64,000 nucleotides of DNA from Verrucomicrobiota bacterium (GCA_031378375.1 JANNEF010000105.1:693-64692), one strand, 5' to 3'. Counted from the first letter of the stretch, positions 9,972 through 19,797 are shown. Made by a program: numbers and translations. The notes: generated by a model not told the origin, from the sequence alone.

Positions 9972-10952
9972 TCACGCCCCGGCGCGCGGATCCAGGGCGT
10001 CGCGCAGTCCGTCGCCCAGAAAATTCAACGCAAGCAACGTGGTCACCAACATCGTGGCGGGACATACGATCAGCCACCAATACATCCGGATCGGGTTTAG
10101 TTGCGCCGCCCCCTCGGCGATCAGAGATCCCCAACTGGCCATCGGCGGCTGGATGCCCAGGCCGAGGTAGCTCAGGAAAGATTCGTAGAGAATCACTGAA
10201 GGCACCGTGAGTGTGAGGTAAACAATCACCACGCCCCACACGTTCGGCAAAATGTGATGCCACAGGATGCGTGCGTGGCTCGCTCCCAGCGCGCGGCTCG
10301 CTTCCACGAACGCCCGATGCCGCAGCGACAACACCTGGCCGCGCACAATGCGCGCCATGGTCAGCCACGACACCGCGCCCAGCCCGGCGAACAGAAACAG
10401 CAGCCGGGCCGACGAGGCGAAATTCGTACCCGCCACCCTCGTCAGCCAGCTCTTTAACAACCCTTCCAACGTGGCGATCAACACAATCACAAACACGACG
10501 GATGGCAGCGCGTAAAGGATGTCCACGCACCGCATCAACAGTGCGTCCCAGCGTCCACCGACGTAGCCCGCCACCGCGCCCCAAGTGACGCCAATGAGCA
10601 AACTCACGCCCGCGCCGACCGCCCCGACCAGCAGCGAAATGCGCGCGCCGTAGGCCATCCGCGTGAGCACGTCGCGCCCGTGGATGTCCGTGCCGCACCA
10701 GTGGCGCCCGTCGGGTGGTTGAAATTGCGCGTTGGACATACTGCTCTCGCTAAAGGGCGAGAGCCATGGCCACAGCACGATGAACCCGGCCAGCAACAAC
10801 AAAAATCCAAGACTTACCAGTGCCGGGCGGTTGCGTTGGAAACGTCGCCAGGCACGCACGGAGGGACGCGGTGAGTGGCGAGCGGCGAGAGCCACAGCAC
10901 TCGCCATCGTTTCTCCGCCGCCCGCTTCCTCCGCTTCGCGGTCCTCAACCAT
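9972..10952 (-). CDS. Peptide/nickel-type ABC transporter permease (OppC/DppC-like)
   Basis: 326 aa, polytopic, with the EAA-type loop (FVEASRALGASHARILWHHILPN). The start overlaps the upstream permease stop by 8 nt. Confidence 0.85.
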   Translation of the reverse strand: MVEDREAEEAGGGETMASAVALAARHSPRPSVRAWRRFQRNRPALVSLGFLLLLAGFIVLWPWLSPFSESSMSNAQFQPPDGRHWCGTDIHGRDVLTRMAYGARISLLVGAVGAGVSLLIGVTWGAVAGYVGGRWDALLMRCVDILYALPSVVFVIVLIATLEGLLKSWLTRVAGTNFASSARLLFLFAGLGAVSWLTMARIVRGQVLSLRHRAFVEASRALGASHARILWHHILPNVWGVVIVYLTLTVPSVILYESFLSYLGLGIQPPMASWGSLIAEGAAQLNPIRMYWWLIVCPATMLVTTLLALNFLGDGLRDALDPRAGA

Positions 10953-11859
10953 GTTTCACCCTCCGGTCGAGCACGCTGTAGCTCAGATCCACCAGCAGGT
11001 TCAGCACGAGCAACAGCACCGCGTAAAGCAAGACGAGGCCGACGATCATCGGGTAATCCCGATTCTGCGTGCTGTTCACCAAAAACACGCCGATACCGGG
11101 AATGCGAAAAATGTTTTCGATGACGAATGATCCGGTCAGCAAATCCGCCAGCAATGGCCCCGCGTAGGACACCACCGGCAGCACGGCCAGCCGAAACGCA
11201 TGCTTGATCAGGATGGCCGGTTCGCTCAAGCCCTTCGCACGCGCGGTGGTGATGAAACCTTCGTGCAACGTGCTCAACATTCCCTCGCGCATGAGTCGCG
11301 CGACTCGACCGGAAAAGTAAAGTCCCAGTGCCAGCGTCGGCAGCACCGCGTGCAGCGGCGACTCCCACAACGCCACCGGCAGCCAGCCCAAGTGGATCGC
11401 GAAAACCATCACCAGCAAGGGCCCAACAACGAATCCGGGCACACACACCGCGAGGATGGCAAGGAAACTTCCCACCCAGTCCCCCCACTCGCCTTTGCGC
11501 ACCGCCGTGTAGAAACCAAGCGGGATGCCCACGCCCTGCGCGAAGCCGAACGCCAGCAAGCCCAGTATGAGTGACACCGGCAGACCCTGCGCAATGATGT
11601 CGTTGACGGTGTGGCTGCGGTATTTGAGCGACGGCCCAAAATCACCGCGCGCCAGGCCGCCGAGGTAACGCAAGTATTGTTGCCAGAGCGGCTCGTCGAG
11701 ATGGTATTTCGCCTTGAGATTGCGCTCAATGTCGGGCGTGGACGGCTCGCGCTCCTTGTCGAACGGCCCACCCGGCGCCACGCGCACCAGCGCAAACGCC
11801 AGCGCGCTGATGAGCAGCAGCAGCGGGAGGAGGAAGATGGCGCGCTTGAGGAAATACAT
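10945..11859 (-). CDS. Peptide/nickel-type ABC transporter permease (OppB/DppB-like)
   Basis: 304 aa. It has the typical N-terminus MYFLKRAIFLLPLLLLISALAFALVRVAPGGPF and the loop FITTARAKGLSEPAILIKHAFR. Confidence 0.88.
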   Translation of the reverse strand: MYFLKRAIFLLPLLLLISALAFALVRVAPGGPFDKEREPSTPDIERNLKAKYHLDEPLWQQYLRYLGGLARGDFGPSLKYRSHTVNDIIAQGLPVSLILGLLAFGFAQGVGIPLGFYTAVRKGEWGDWVGSFLAILAVCVPGFVVGPLLVMVFAIHLGWLPVALWESPLHAVLPTLALGLYFSGRVARLMREGMLSTLHEGFITTARAKGLSEPAILIKHAFRLAVLPVVSYAGPLLADLLTGSFVIENIFRIPGIGVFLVNSTQNRDYPMIVGLVLLYAVLLLVLNLLVDLSYSVLDRRVKHG

Positions 11860-11862
11860 GCC

Positions 11863-11966
11863 GATTAATCAGTGAGTCAGTAATCAGTAAACCAGTGGTG
11901 TGGCAGCCCGGGGCAGTTACTCCGTCCGCCGGATACTGACTCACCGATTACTGGATACTGGTTCAC
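11863..11966. repeat. CAGT-word palindromic element (copy in the opp operon)
   Basis: The left arm is GATTAATCAGTGAGTCAGTAATCAGTAAACCAGTGGTG. The right arm is GGATACTGACTCACCGATTACTGGATACTGGTTCAC, built of reverse-complement words. A ~30-nt spacer separates them. Confidence 0.8.
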
Positions 11967-13629
11967 TTCCGCGCTTCTTCCGTATCGCATACACCGGATG
12001 TTCATCAATCAGGTTGGGATGAATGCCCTCGATACGCGCGGAATCGTAAAAATGAATTCCGGCGTAAAAGTAGAGCGGGACGATGGGCAGTTCGTCGCGC
12101 ACGAGCAGCGTCTCGGCTTCCCGTAAAAACTTCTCGCGTAGTCTCGGGTCGGTCTGGCGATTACCCTCGCGCACCAATTCGTCGTAGCGCGTGCTCTTCC
12201 AGCCGGTGCGGTTGTTGCCGTTGTTGCTCATGAACATGTCGAGAAACGTGTTTGGATCGTTGTAGTCCCCGACCCAACTGCTGCGGCCCACGTCGTAGTC
12301 CAGCGCGCGCAACGCGACCAGATACACTTTCCACTCCGCCTGGCGCAATTCCATACGGATGCCCAGTTCCCGTTGCCACATCGCCTGGATTTCCACGCTG
12401 ATCTGCTCGTCGGTCTTGCCGGTGTTGAACAGGTACTGGAACACCGGAAACCCCTTGCCGCCGGGAAAGCCGGCCTGCGCCAGAAGCTTCCGCGCCTGAT
12501 CCGGATCGTAGTCCAGACCTGCGGGCGGATCGTAAACCGGCATTCCCCTGGGCGTGAAATGCGCCGCCACCCGCTCGCCGCCGCGCGTGATTTTTTCGAC
12601 GATGCGCCGCTTGTCCACCGCCAGCGCCAGCGCCCGGCGCACCCGCACGTCGTCGAAGGGCTTCCGCGTCACGTTGTAGCGGTAGAACAGCGTGCCGAGA
12701 TAATCAAACGTGTGGCAGTCCGGGCGGCGCCGCAACGCGTCCATCAACTGGCCGGGGACCAGCGACTTGTCCCAGATGATGTCCGCCCGGCCGGTGAGAT
12801 AGAGATTGATGGCCGTCATCGGCGAGTCCATCGAGAGAAAATCCACCACGGAACTGTGGACGTTCGCCGCGTCCCAGTAGCGCGGATTGCGGCGCACGCG
12901 GATGCGGTCCTGCAGCCGCCACTCGACCAGTTCGTACGCGCCGCTCACTGGCATCGGTGGCATCACGACCCAGCGATCGCCGTGCTTTTCGATGGCGAAC
13001 TTCGGCGCAACGGCAAGCGTCGGAAACGCGCACAGGTCCAGGAAGAACGGCGTGGGGCCAGTCAGTTCCGCCCGCACCGTGTGAGCGTCGAGCGCACGCA
13101 CGCCAACTTGTGCCGGATCTTTGATTCGGCCGCTGTTGAACTCCTCACCGTTCTTCAGGAAAAACAATTGTCCGGCGTAATCGGCGGCAGTGTTCGGGTC
13201 GAGCACTCGAATCCAGGAATAGACCACGTCCTCCGCCGTGATCGGCTGGCCGGTGGACCAGGCGGCATTGGTGCGCAGATGAAAAGTGTAGGTCGTGCCG
13301 TCCGGCGAAATCTCCCACCGGTGAGCCAGGCCCGGTTCGGGAGCCGCGTTGGTGGGATTGATGCGCGTCAATCCCTCGAAGAGCGCCCGCACTACGCGCC
13401 CGTCCGCCTGGCCAGTGATGATCGCCGGGTCGAGCGATTCCGGCTCCGCGCCGTTGATGATGACGAGGTCGGCGCGAGACGGAACGGCCGGGCGGGCGGA
13501 AAGGAGCGGCAGCAACAGGAGCGGCAGCAACAGGAGCAGCAGCAACGGCAGCGGGCGCACCGCGCACGACGCCCCCAAAAAACGAAACGCCCTCTTGAAA
13601 CTCAAGAGGGCGTCCGTGGAAAACTTCAT
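11941..13629 (-). CDS. ABC transporter substrate-binding protein, family 5 (OppA/DppA-like)
   Basis: 562 aa. A Leu-run signal peptide is followed by typical family-5 segments (INGAEPESLDP, WSTGQPITAEDVVYSW, RRALALAVDK). The last 8 codons and the stop lie inside repeat element 11863-11966. Confidence 0.85.
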   Translation of the reverse strand: MKFSTDALLSFKRAFRFLGASCAVRPLPLLLLLLLPLLLLPLLSARPAVPSRADLVIINGAEPESLDPAIITGQADGRVVRALFEGLTRINPTNAAPEPGLAHRWEISPDGTTYTFHLRTNAAWSTGQPITAEDVVYSWIRVLDPNTAADYAGQLFFLKNGEEFNSGRIKDPAQVGVRALDAHTVRAELTGPTPFFLDLCAFPTLAVAPKFAIEKHGDRWVVMPPMPVSGAYELVEWRLQDRIRVRRNPRYWDAANVHSSVVDFLSMDSPMTAINLYLTGRADIIWDKSLVPGQLMDALRRRPDCHTFDYLGTLFYRYNVTRKPFDDVRVRRALALAVDKRRIVEKITRGGERVAAHFTPRGMPVYDPPAGLDYDPDQARKLLAQAGFPGGKGFPVFQYLFNTGKTDEQISVEIQAMWQRELGIRMELRQAEWKVYLVALRALDYDVGRSSWVGDYNDPNTFLDMFMSNNGNNRTGWKSTRYDELVREGNRQTDPRLREKFLREAETLLVRDELPIVPLYFYAGIHFYDSARIEGIHPNLIDEHPVYAIRKKRGSEPVSSNR

Positions 13630-13637
13630 CGCGCGGG

Positions 13638-14069
13638 CTATTTCGGCGCGGCGTTGCTGACTGCGTTTGCCACGTTGGTCGCGAGGAGCAAAGTGTTGGC
13701 CGGGGCGCTCGGCGCGGCTCCGGCCGCGTTGGTAGCCGGCTTGGGCGCGGGTGCCGGCGCAGCGGGCGTGTCGGCGACTTTTTCCGCTGCGGTCAGTTTC
13801 AAACGCGGGTCGCCACCCTTTTTGCGCGACTGCTGGGCGCTCAAGACGGACAGCGCCAGCGTGAGGACGAAAAAGACCACCGTGGCGTACTTGGTTGTCT
13901 TGGTGAGAAAATCACCGGAACCGGCGCCAAACAGCGCGTCGGTGGCGGCACCCCCAAAAGCCAGCCCACCGCCCGTGTCCTTCTTCGGCTTCTGCGCCAG
14001 AATCAAAAGTCCCAACACCAGGCAGTCCAGCACCAACACGACCGTCAACAATCCAATAATCCAAATCAT
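13638..14069 (-). CDS. secG: Preprotein translocase subunit SecG (with Ala/Pro-rich C-terminal tail)
   Basis: The N-terminal 75 aa match the SecG pattern (two TM helices, KDTGGGLAFGGAATDALFGAGSGDFLTK). It lies next to tpiA, as in many bacteria. Confidence 0.85.
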   Translation of the reverse strand: MIWIIGLLTVVLVLDCLVLGLLILAQKPKKDTGGGLAFGGAATDALFGAGSGDFLTKTTKYATVVFFVLTLALSVLSAQQSRKKGGDPRLKLTAAEKVADTPAAPAPAPKPATNAAGAAPSAPANTLLLATNVANAVSNAAPK

Positions 14070-14082
14070 AGTTTTCTTTCGT

Positions 14083-14847
14083 TCAAATGGAGTTCTTCAC
14101 GATATCCGCGAAACTCCGGTCTTCCAGCGAGGCACCGCCCACCAGCGCGCCATCCACATCGGGCTGGCTCATCAATTCCCGCGCGTTCGCCGGTTTGACG
14201 CTGCCACCATATTGAATCCGCACGCGCCGCGCAACCGTCTCGTCAAACAACTTCACCAGCAACCCGCGAATGTAGGCGTGCGCCTCCTGCGCCTGCGCCG
14301 TCGTCGCTGTCCGGCCGGTGCCGATGGCCCAGACCGGCTCATAGGCGATGATGGTTTCTTCCATCTGCGCCTTGCTCAAGCCGGCCAGGCTGCCGCGCAC
14401 CTGCGTGCCCAGAACTGTTTCCATCTGCCCCGCCTCGCGCTCCGCCAGCGTTTCGCCGACGCAGACGATGGGCTTGAGCGATGCGCCGTGGGCCGCGAAA
14501 GCCTTCTTGGAAATCAACTCATCGCTCTCCCGCTGGTACTGCCGCCGCTCGGAATGGCCGAGGATGACGTAACGCACGGAAAATTCCTTCAACATGCCGG
14601 CGGCGATTTCGCCAGTGTAGGCGCCGGAATTGTGCTCGCTCATGTTCTGCGCCCCGAGGCGGATGTTCGAGTCAAGGATCGCCTTGGAAACCTCGCCCAG
14701 GGCGGTGAATGGCGGGCAGACGACGATGTCCACTTCCTTCACATCCTTGCACTCACGTTTGATGGCGGCGACCAAAGCCAGCGCCTCGGCCACGGTCTTG
14801 TTCATCTTCCAGTTGCCGGCGATGATCAGTTTGCGTTCTTTGTCCAC
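14083..14847 (-). CDS. tpiA: Triosephosphate isomerase
   Basis: Track ORF 14083..15147 trimmed to the GTG at 14847 (MDKERKLIIAGNWKMN). Also has ILGHSERR, IVCVGE, IAYEPVWAIGTG and YGGSV. The upstream 100 codons overlap pgk and are Arg-rich. Confidence 0.92.
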   Translation of the reverse strand: MDKERKLIIAGNWKMNKTVAEALALVAAIKRECKDVKEVDIVVCPPFTALGEVSKAILDSNIRLGAQNMSEHNSGAYTGEIAAGMLKEFSVRYVILGHSERRQYQRESDELISKKAFAAHGASLKPIVCVGETLAEREAGQMETVLGTQVRGSLAGLSKAQMEETIIAYEPVWAIGTGRTATTAQAQEAHAYIRGLLVKLFDETVARRVRIQYGGSVKPANARELMSQPDVDGALVGGASLEDRSFADIVKNSI

Positions 14848-14894
14848 GGGGTCGGTAAGGGTTGTTGATTTCTGGTTTCGGGTGGACGCGGGCG

Positions 14895-16151
14895 TCACTT
14901 CTCCGTCAAGACCGCCACTCCCGGCAGCACCGTGCCTTCGAGGAATTCCAGGCTCGCGCCGCCGCCGGTGCTCATGAAGGTCACCCGGTTGCCGAGGCCG
15001 GCCTGATTGAGCGCCTTCACGCTGTCGCCGCCGCCGATGATGCTCTTGGCTCCGTTCTTCTGCGTTGCTTGGACGACGGCCTGCGCCACGGCATTGGTGC
15101 CCTCGGCGAAGCGCTGGTCCTCGAACATGCCCATCGGGCCGTTCCACAGAATGGTTTTCGCGCCGTGGATGACCCCGGCGTAAGTCTTCGCCGTCTCCGG
15201 CCCGATGTCGAAACCCTCGGCGTCGTCGGGAATATCCAGCGCGCTGTTGAGCCGCGCGTTCTGAAATTCAAACACGGGTCTGCCCTTTTTGTTGACCTTG
15301 CCGGTGTCCACGGGCGTGGCGATCACATTGTCCTTGGGCAGGAGGAAACGCACGCCGCGCTCGGCGGCCTTGGCCAGCGCGCGGGCGGCGACATGCACGG
15401 CGTCCTTTTCCACCAGCGATTTGCCCGTCGTGTAGCCCAGCGCCAGCCGGAAGGTGTACGCCATCGCGCCACCGATCAAAATCGTGTCGGCCTTCTCCAG
15501 CAACCGGTCAATGACCTTGATCTTGTCGGAGACCTTTGCGCCACCAAGGATGACGACAAAGGGATGCGGCGGCCGCTCCAGTTCGTCGCCGAGAAATTTC
15601 AGCTCGCGCTCCATCAACAACCCGGCCGCGCATTGCCCGCCGCGTTGGGCTATAACCCGAGCCACGCCTTCCGTCGAAGCATGGGCGCGATGGGCCGCGC
15701 CAAAAGCGTCGTTCACGTAAACGTCGGCGACCCGAGCCAGCTTCTCCGCGAACCCGGCGTCATTGGCTTCTTCTTCCTGGTGGTAACGGACGTTTTCCAG
15801 CAGCAACACGTCGCCTTCCTTCAGCAGGCCGACGGTCTGTTCAACTTTTTCGCCGATGCACTCATCCACAAACGCCACCGGGCGGTGCAGCATGTCCGCC
15901 AGTTTGGCCGCCACGGGCCGCAGGGACATGGTCGGCTCGCGCTGGCCTTTGGGCCGGCCCAAGTGCGCGGCGAGGATGATTTTCGCGCCTTGCTGGATCA
16001 GCCGGTCGAGCGTCGGGAGCGTTTCCTTGATGCGGGTGACGTCGTTGATGACCATCTGCCCGTCCCGATCTTCCATCGGGACGTTGTAATCCACGCGCAC
16101 CAGCACACGTTTGCCGCGCACGTTCAAATCGTTGACCGTCAGTTTCGCCAT
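14895..16151 (-). CDS. pgk: Phosphoglycerate kinase
   Basis: 418 aa with RVDYNVP, AHLGRPKG, VILGGAKVSDKI, GGGDS and STGGGASLEFLEG. Confidence 0.95.
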   Translation of the reverse strand: MAKLTVNDLNVRGKRVLVRVDYNVPMEDRDGQMVINDVTRIKETLPTLDRLIQQGAKIILAAHLGRPKGQREPTMSLRPVAAKLADMLHRPVAFVDECIGEKVEQTVGLLKEGDVLLLENVRYHQEEEANDAGFAEKLARVADVYVNDAFGAAHRAHASTEGVARVIAQRGGQCAAGLLMERELKFLGDELERPPHPFVVILGGAKVSDKIKVIDRLLEKADTILIGGAMAYTFRLALGYTTGKSLVEKDAVHVAARALAKAAERGVRFLLPKDNVIATPVDTGKVNKKGRPVFEFQNARLNSALDIPDDAEGFDIGPETAKTYAGVIHGAKTILWNGPMGMFEDQRFAEGTNAVAQAVVQATQKNGAKSIIGGGDSVKALNQAGLGNRVTFMSTGGGASLEFLEGTVLPGVAVLTEK

Positions 16152-16214
16152 ACCAATAAGGGCGCAGAGAATAGCGAAGCGCGTTGATGAGTCAAAGGGA
16201 ATTCAATTGCCCCG

Positions 16215-17039
16215 TCAGTAGCGCGGCGCTTCCCACGCGAGGATGGCGCGTTTGCGCGCCGTGCCCCAGCGGTAGCCACGCACCAGGCCCGTCTCGCGAA
16301 TCACCCGGTGGCAGGGGATGAGGAACGCGACCGGATTGCGACCACAGGCGGTGCCCACGGCCCGGATGGCGCGTGGCTCGCCGATCGTCCGGGCAATCTG
16401 GCCGTAGCTCGCCACGCAGCCGGAGGGGATGCGGAGCAAAGCCCGCCAGACCTTGACCTGAAACGGCGTGCCGTGAACGAAGGCGCTCAGTGGCGCGCTT
16501 GCTCCGGGATGCCGGTTGAAGATCACCTTGATCTGACAGCGCGCGTTTCGGTCGTCGCGAATGCGCGCCGCCGCCGCCCAGCCTTCCGCCAGTTCAAGCG
16601 GCTCACCGTCATCCGTCGCCGGGTCGGGGAATCCCAGATGGCAAATCCCGCGCGCGTTCCAGCCAATCGAGCAACGGCCGAACGGACTCTCGGCGAAGCC
16701 CCAGCGTAACTGCGTGCCCGCGCCACGGTTTTTCCATTCTCCCGGCGACGCCGCCTCCAGCGTGACCAGCAGGTCGTGCAGGCGGCCGGGACCGGACAGG
16801 CCGGCGTCCAGCGCGGCCTCGATGACACTCGTCGATTCACGCAGCCGCCGCTTGGCGAACTCGGCCGTGAGGCATTGCAGGAAATCCTTCGGCGTCACTC
16901 CCGCCCAATGGCGAAACAGGCGATGGAAATGCGACTGGCTGAGTCCGGCGACCGCCGCCAGTTCTGCGAGCGAAGGCTGCGCGTCGGGTTGCTCATCGAG
17001 CAGGCGGATGACGCGCGCAATCCGTTCGTAATCGTTCAT
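16215..17039 (-). CDS. Ada-like fusion: AraC-type HTH + O6-alkylguanine-DNA alkyltransferase
   Basis: 274 aa. The N-terminus is an AraC HTH (LAELAAVAGLSQSHFHRLFRHWAGVTPKDF). The C-terminus is an MGMT domain with the active site IPCHRV and TPFQVKVWRALLRIPSG. Confidence 0.88.
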   Translation of the reverse strand: MNDYERIARVIRLLDEQPDAQPSLAELAAVAGLSQSHFHRLFRHWAGVTPKDFLQCLTAEFAKRRLRESTSVIEAALDAGLSGPGRLHDLLVTLEAASPGEWKNRGAGTQLRWGFAESPFGRCSIGWNARGICHLGFPDPATDDGEPLELAEGWAAAARIRDDRNARCQIKVIFNRHPGASAPLSAFVHGTPFQVKVWRALLRIPSGCVASYGQIARTIGEPRAIRAVGTACGRNPVAFLIPCHRVIRETGLVRGYRWGTARKRAILAWEAPRY

Positions 17040-17160
17040 GCGTGCATCCTACGGCACCTCCCGCGCCCGCCCACCCGATTCTTGCTGCGACTTTCCCGGA
17101 AGGACATTTCCACTGCGGTGAGAACTCGGCATCCCGCTTTCCGAAGCGCGCGGACAAAGC

Positions 17161-19797
17161 TCACGCGCCTGGTGGCGCGCCTGGTGGCGCGCCCGCTGGC
17201 GTTTCTGTCGCAGGTCTTGGCAGGAGCAACAGTCCCAACAACAAAATGCCGACGGCGATGGCAGCGAGCGTGACGTAGAGACTCTTCACCGGCGGCTTGA
17301 ACCGGAACTCCACCGTGTGCTCGCCCGCCGGCAACGCGACGCCGCGCATCAGATAATTGCACCGGAGCAAGCGCGCAGGCTGGCCATCCACCGTGACGTG
17401 CCAGTTCGGGTCGTGTTTGTCGTTCAGCAATAGCACGGACGGCGCGGCGGCGTTCGCCCGGAGCACGAGATGTTTCGGCGCGTAGCTGGTGATGACCACG
17501 GTGCCGGGGCTTTGGTTGGTCGCGGATGCCGGGTTGGGCGGCGCGATGTCCTCCGCGACCAGCACGGTTTGCCACAAGTCGAAGGCCGGCTCGGCCAGTT
17601 TTTGCAGCGTGGCGGAGTCGTTGGTGCTTGTCTGCCAACTGGCAAAGAGCTTCGCGCGCGGCAGGGCGCCACCGTACTCGATGAGCGCGAACGGCCCGGT
17701 GGCGTTGGTGCGCGCGACGACGGTTTCGCCGGTGGGGCCGCGTTCCAGCGAGAAGGCCAACCGCTGCTGGAAGCGCCGCTGCGCGGGGTCGAGTTGCTGG
17801 TTGAGCGCGTTGGCGAATTCGCCCGCCAGACCGAACACGTAGCGCGTGTTGGTCAGTTGCCAGAGCCGCACGAGGTTGGTTGACAGCACCTGGCGATACG
17901 CCGCGTTGTCCGCCGCCACGCGCGACTCCTGCACCACGTCCACCGACTGGATGTTGTAAAACTGGAAGAGATGTTGCATCCACTCGACATGGTAAAGCTG
18001 CTGGAAAAACTGGAATTGCTGCCCCAGCGAAAATCGCGGCGTGACCACGCGATGCTCGAACGGCTGCTCGCGCAGAAAATCCACCACGGGATTGGAGGCG
18101 TATTTCTCCCGGTAATTCAGGTGAAGGATCCACGGCGTGTTGGCCCGTGCCAGGTCCACCACCAGCACCAGGCCCAGGAGGATCGCCGCCCACCTGGCGC
18201 GGGTGCCGGTGAAGCAACCCTTCACGATGAAGGCCAGCACCGTCACCGTCACGGCCAGGAAGACGAAGAACAGCCCGACTTCACCCAGACTGTGCCCGGC
18301 CATCGCGCGGGCGCCGCTCGCGTCGAAACCGTTCTCCATCATGTAAGCTTCCACGGCGTTGCGCGACGAGGCATAGATCAACCAGCCGAGCAGGCAGGCC
18401 GCGACCGCCGCGTACGAGCCGATGATCCATTTCTTGTCGAAGCCCGACGGCGCGGGTGGTGGCGCGGACGGGGCACCATTCTTTTTCCCCGTCAGCAGGC
18501 CCGGTGCTTTCGCGGTGGCTCGTTCCACGTAACTTTGCCACAGGCCATGCACGCCGTAGGCGAAGACGACGACCAGCGCCCAGTTGAAGACGTGCATGAA
18601 CTTGGCCGGATTGCGGATGGTGGAGAAATACGGCAGCTTGTAGAGCAATCCGTAAAACGGCGCGTGCCGCCCGAACGCCAGCAACAGCGCCGCCACCAAC
18701 ACCGCCGCCCAGAACCAAAGCAACCTCCGTTGCGCCGGGGTGAACGCGGAATCCTTGCGCCGAAACGCCTGCAACAACGCCCAAAACGCCACGACCGCCA
18801 CGGCCACACCCGCGTACACGCCGCCGCCCGAATAACGCGCGAAGCCCTGATGATGGGTCTCCCAGCCCGGCTGCCGTCCGATGGTGCCCCAGTAATTGCC
18901 GCCGTCCGGCGTGTCCATGCGATAGCCGAACAGCCCGGGGATAATCACCGAGAGCATCTCCTTCTTGGGCAGGCTCCATTGCGTGGCCCAATCCCAGCGC
19001 TCCTCGGTGCGCTGGTCTTCCTGCGCGCCGGCGACGCCTTTGATCTGCGTGCCGATGAGAGTGGTGAGCATTTGCGCGGCGAAGAACACGGCGAAGACCG
19101 CCACCAACCCCAGCCGGATCGCGCCGCGCGACAGTTGCTTCATCAACGGCCCTTCCCGCGTGAACGCCTGGTAAATCACAAACGCCGCGACCTGAAGACT
19201 GAAGATCGCGCCGATGTCCGCGCCTTCCGTGACACCAAGGCCGACGGCCAGCCCGGCAAGCGCCACCTTCACCCACGCCCGCCAGCCTGTGCCATTGGCC
19301 AGCGCCGCCAGCGCGAGATAATTCACCCCGATGGTGATCGGGTGCGTCACCACGCCCCAGCACGCGGCGGAGAAAAAGGTCGAGTTCAACGCCGCCGCCA
19401 GGCCGCCCAGCGCGCAGGCGGCGGGCGTCAACTTCAGGGAGCGGAACAACAACCACGCACTGAATCCCAGGAAGATGACGCTGAACGGCGCGTAGAACTT
19501 GGCGAAATACAGCGGCCCCAGCAGCCAGAACAACAGCCCGGTGATGCCCGTGGGGTAGGTGCCGCCATTGGCGCCGACCCAGTTCAAGTCCATCCACATG
19601 CTTTGGAACGACGCCGGCGGTGCAATTGATCGAGTGCTGATGGCGCCCAGCGGGCCGTCGTTGGAAAAGACGACCTTGTCCGGATGCAGACTGTTGTGAA
19701 AGAGCGCCAGCACGACGACCAGCAGGCAGCCGAGGACAAGCAGCGCGTTTCGCGATGAGAAATCCGTGGACGGTTTGGACGATGGGTTCAGCGCCAT
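17161..19797 (-). CDS. Large polytopic membrane protein (YfhO / GT-C-like, function unknown)
   Basis: 878 aa, with more than 12 hydrophobic segments in the first ~560 aa and then a soluble C-terminal domain. The resemblance to the YfhO family is by architecture only. The C-terminus ends in a 12-nt x3 tandem repeat (PAGAPPGAPPGA). Confidence 0.6.
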   Translation of the reverse strand: MALNPSSKPSTDFSSRNALLVLGCLLVVVLALFHNSLHPDKVVFSNDGPLGAISTRSIAPPASFQSMWMDLNWVGANGGTYPTGITGLLFWLLGPLYFAKFYAPFSVIFLGFSAWLLFRSLKLTPAACALGGLAAALNSTFFSAACWGVVTHPITIGVNYLALAALANGTGWRAWVKVALAGLAVGLGVTEGADIGAIFSLQVAAFVIYQAFTREGPLMKQLSRGAIRLGLVAVFAVFFAAQMLTTLIGTQIKGVAGAQEDQRTEERWDWATQWSLPKKEMLSVIIPGLFGYRMDTPDGGNYWGTIGRQPGWETHHQGFARYSGGGVYAGVAVAVVAFWALLQAFRRKDSAFTPAQRRLLWFWAAVLVAALLLAFGRHAPFYGLLYKLPYFSTIRNPAKFMHVFNWALVVVFAYGVHGLWQSYVERATAKAPGLLTGKKNGAPSAPPPAPSGFDKKWIIGSYAAVAACLLGWLIYASSRNAVEAYMMENGFDASGARAMAGHSLGEVGLFFVFLAVTVTVLAFIVKGCFTGTRARWAAILLGLVLVVDLARANTPWILHLNYREKYASNPVVDFLREQPFEHRVVTPRFSLGQQFQFFQQLYHVEWMQHLFQFYNIQSVDVVQESRVAADNAAYRQVLSTNLVRLWQLTNTRYVFGLAGEFANALNQQLDPAQRRFQQRLAFSLERGPTGETVVARTNATGPFALIEYGGALPRAKLFASWQTSTNDSATLQKLAEPAFDLWQTVLVAEDIAPPNPASATNQSPGTVVITSYAPKHLVLRANAAAPSVLLLNDKHDPNWHVTVDGQPARLLRCNYLMRGVALPAGEHTVEFRFKPPVKSLYVTLAAIAVGILLLGLLLLPRPATETPAGAPPGAPPGA

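Noticed and set aside
12373-14868. 831-aa ORF on the plus strand spanning oppA, secG and tpiA
   Set aside because: It is antisense to three well-supported genes. The translation is Arg/Ala/Gly/His-rich with no motifs. It is a typical shadow ORF of GC-rich DNA with few stop codons on the opposite strand.
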